DNA of 62,569 nucleotides, the filler included, from Globobulimina sp. (Eukaryota), in assembly GCA_003354225.1 (NCBI GenBank). It is 42 parts of 42 records of this genome, joined end to end, with 100 filler letters (N's around TTAATTAATTAA, not from the genome) between each part and the next. Parts side by side here need not be neighbours in the genome. Positions count along the whole stretch, not along the records: positions 59,688 to 61,078 come from PIVH01017438.1; positions 61,179 to 62,569 come from PIVH01017439.1; 40 more parts are not named here. One strand, given 5' to 3'. Each line of letters opens with the position of its first letter. The stretch's first letter is position 1. The notes below the pieces were generated by a model, which worked only from the letters and a program-made list of their open reading frames with translations, searched no databases and was not told the DNA's origin. A program made the position numbers and the translations under genes. Below are positions 59,688 through 62,569 of the stretch, piece after piece.

Positions 59688-61078
59688 CCACTCCCGCACC
59701 GGGCCAGAATGACGAAAACGAAGAAGACGAAGAAGGCTCCTCTCAAGAAAATGAATGCGAATCTGATTCGCATGAAAACTCATTGGATGAGTCCAGCGAC
59801 GAAGAGGAAGAACAAAAAACCCAATCAAACGGCAAACAATCCAAAGACGACGAATACGAACAAGAACCCAAAGCATTTCCAAAAACGGCCAAATTAAAAA
59901 AAAAGAAGAAATCAACCAAAAAAAAGAAAAACCATCGCAGTGGAAAGAAATATCCCGATCGAGAAGGTACCGATACGGACGAAGACGAAGACGAGAAAGA
60001 CTTAGCCGAATGGCGCAAATATTGGACAAAAAAAGAATTGTACGGCAGATATATACCAATCAAAGAGTTAGGCCGCGGTTCATATGGCGTTGTATTCGAA
60101 GGTTAATTTCAGTTTGAAACTAGACATCTATTTTTTTTTCAGTTTCAAACTAAACCAAAAAATGTGTTTTCAGTTTGAAACTGATTTTTTATTCCAGTTT
60201 GAAACTGATATGATCCGATTTGTTGTGATGTATTTGCAGGTAAATCGACATGGAGCAATAAAGCAATTGGGATAACATCCGGCGTCAAAGTGGGGATCAA
60301 AAAGGTTCGCCGCGTATTTAACACAGACACCGATGCAAAGCGATTGTTGCGAGAGTTGAAAATATTGCGTACGCTGAGAGGCCATCAAAGCGTGGTGAAA
60401 TTATACGACATATTGCCGCCTATTCATCCCCGCGATTTCAAAACGTTGACCATCGTGTTTGAGTATGTCGACGCTGACATGAGCAAAATATTCAAAACCA
60501 ATCAATATTTCTCGTTTAGTATACTTTCTATCCCCTTTTTCCTCACGTTTTTCCATGCAGTGCAAAACCGAGTGATTGCATACTGCGAATATGCGCGTTG
60601 TATTCACCTGAATTAACTCTAAAACCACAGATCGTTGCATGTGCAGTACATGCTATATCATATGGTGTTGGGTGTAAATTACATGCACGGCGCCGGCATC
60701 GTACACAGAGACTTGAAGGTACAGTGTTACTTACATTCATTTGTATTGCTTACATCCATTACTGTCATATCCAACAAATACCAGCCGGCCAACGTGTTGA
60801 TTAACGCAGATTGTTCCATTAAAATCTGCGATTTTGGATTGGCGCGCGGTTTCAGCGAGGATTTGAACGAAAAGAAGGAGAGAAAGAACAAAAAGAAGAA
60901 GGGCATCCAACGTGGCTTGACCACGCATGTCGTGACGCGATGGTATCGGGCGCCGGAAGTGATATTATTGCAGCAAAAGAAGGAATATTTGCAAGCCATC
61001 GACATGTTGAGTGTTGGCTGCATATTTGCCGAATTGTTGCAAATGCACAAGGAAAATTGCGCCACGCTCTCGAAACGC
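59688..61078 (+). CDS. Atypical MAP kinase (TTH activation motif); introns 60102-60239, 60514-60630 and 60719-60784; partial
   Basis: [32 protein letters not shown] and [14 protein letters not shown]. Confidence 0.92.
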
Positions 61079-61178
61079 NNNNNNNNNNNNNNNNNNNNNN
61101 NNNNNNNNNNNNNNNNNNNNNNTTAATTAATTAANNNNNNNNNNNNNNNNNNNNNNNNNNNNNNNNNNNNNNNNNNNN

Positions 61179-62569
61179 TTTAAAGAGTCCTTTCCCTTTG
61201 TTGGTCTCTCCTTTTTTTCGTGTTTAATGATTCCATATAATCTTTGCATGTCTTCCTGTTGCGTTTTTAAAATGATATTGTTATTTAATAAATAGTCTCT
61301 CACCGCATATAAATGTCCCCTCATTGCTGACCATCCTATTTTGGAGCATGCATGCTTCCACATTATAAAATCTATTATTTGTTGTTCGTTACATATTAAT
61401 GGGTTCAAATTGTATAATTTGCAGAATAATTCGTAATGTTTCTGGGTCCCATTGTATTGTTTGACTGTTTGCTTTGCATTTCTTCCTTTGAACTTTGTTT
61501 CTGCCAAATCTGATATTATTGCTTTTGATATCCATCTTAGATTCGTCTCTTTTCTTAAATTTGTCTTTCTTTTCATCTTAGTGTGGTTTTTTCAAAATAA
61601 AGTTAGTTCAAAAAGTCAAAAACTGTTTTTTCAATGGCACTTTCGTTCAAGCTTAGAACTGTCATTATGTATTTTGTGTTGCATTGTTTGCTGATGTTAT
61701 TAGTCGAAATTCCGTCGATATTATATGTGTTGTTTCATGGTTTTATTAAAACGTATATTCGCCATCGAATAAATTCAGAAAATGAGTTGCAAGCAATCTG
61801 TGGATTTATTTCGTACAATGATTTATTTATTAAATATGATTTATGCTCAAACAATGACATTATGTCAATTAAAATGTCATTTGTGTTGATTCTTACAATG
61901 ATGAATCTGATTAGAATTTCTATTACTTTTCCATTTGGGATAAAGCATTTGGTCTTTGCACATCCATTTATTTTTGCAATTGCATATTTTAGAGTCGTTA
62001 TTGCTTCGTATCATTCGTTTTCGAGTATTTTTATACATATTCCATGCCTCCTGCGCGTATACGAGAGCTTCATCGCTTTTGTCCACCAAATCGTATGTCA
62101 ATTTGTTTAAAATAGTCCAATCTCCTCTCGATAGCCCATCTGCGTAAATGTTTGCCTTCGTTGATAGCCAATTCACCCATTCATAGTAGTTTGAGTGCAT
62201 TAATTCTTTGCAGATTCCCCTGACTAAAACCTGTAGATCTTTCCTCTCAAAACATGACTTTTTCTTAATCAGTATATGTTCGACGGCTTTGTTGTCGACT
62301 TTTATTAAAATCGCCTTGTTGCTCCATGCTTTGCTTTGCAATCTATTAATTATGTAAACTGCGCAGAGTTCTTTCCAAACTATGTCTGGTTCGTTCTCTG
62401 TGTCCCATCCAATTATATCTTGGTATCTTACCATAAAACAGATTCCTCCGCTTTTCTTTTCTAGACCACCCATACCGAATTTTCCAGACGCGTCCGTTTC
62501 AGCGACTATATCTCCTTTGTCTTTTGCGTCAAGTAGCCATCCCCAGGATATTTTCTTCCTGTTTCTGTC
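61179..62569 (-). mobile_element. DIRS-order (Ngaro-like) retrotransposon: RNase H (62569-61877) then tyrosine-recombinase N-terminus (61576-61179)
   Basis: TDASG..GMGG, KELCAV, VDNKAV and NIYADGLSR; then TVKQY...Y..FC....P......FI, a SAM-like YR domain. Confidence 0.85.

Noticed and set aside
1394-61178. Regular ~1.49-kb periodic TTAATTAATTAA motif, and ORFs ending in X-runs or 'LIN'
   Set aside because: Artificial concatenation linker; adjacency across it has no biological meaning.
1-62569. rRNA or tRNA genes
   Set aside because: No recognisable conserved rRNA segments or cloverleaf seen by eye; a covariance-model scan would be needed to exclude them.

Overview
This window is not one locus. 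It is 42 short contigs (1393, then 1392, then 1391 bp, so size-sorted) joined by 41 artificial 100-bp spacers (N-run, TTAATTAATTAA, N-run). Neighbouring contigs carry no synteny, and ORFs ending in X/'LIN' run into spacers. Most contigs come from an AT-rich, compact microbial eukaryote with short GT-AG introns. Recognisable genes include DNA-PKcs, ADP/ATP carrier, ILVBL, NCKX, dynein IC140/WDR63, ketohexokinase, trehalase, GH2, GT90, OGFOD3, DEAD-box and SNF2 helicases, and an atypical MAPK. A rhizarian/foraminiferan host is my inference from gene style only. A few contigs are prokaryotic or phage-like, and at least two look like amplification chimeras. Mobile DNA is abundant: Ty3/Gypsy pol, a Ngaro/DIRS-type tyrosine-recombinase retrotransposon, a TA-flanked foldback MITE, Tc1-like termini and several tandem arrays. 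The strongest candidate for something undescribed is an intronless Upf1/DNA2-like SF1 helicase family inside long ORFs. It appears twice independently (one intact copy, one with a nonsense codon), which suggests a high-copy helicase-encoding mobile or viral element. Also notable are an AT-rich virus-like contig, a Gypsy pol with a ~300-aa insert, a trehalase lacking its catalytic base and ultra-short head-to-head gene spacing.
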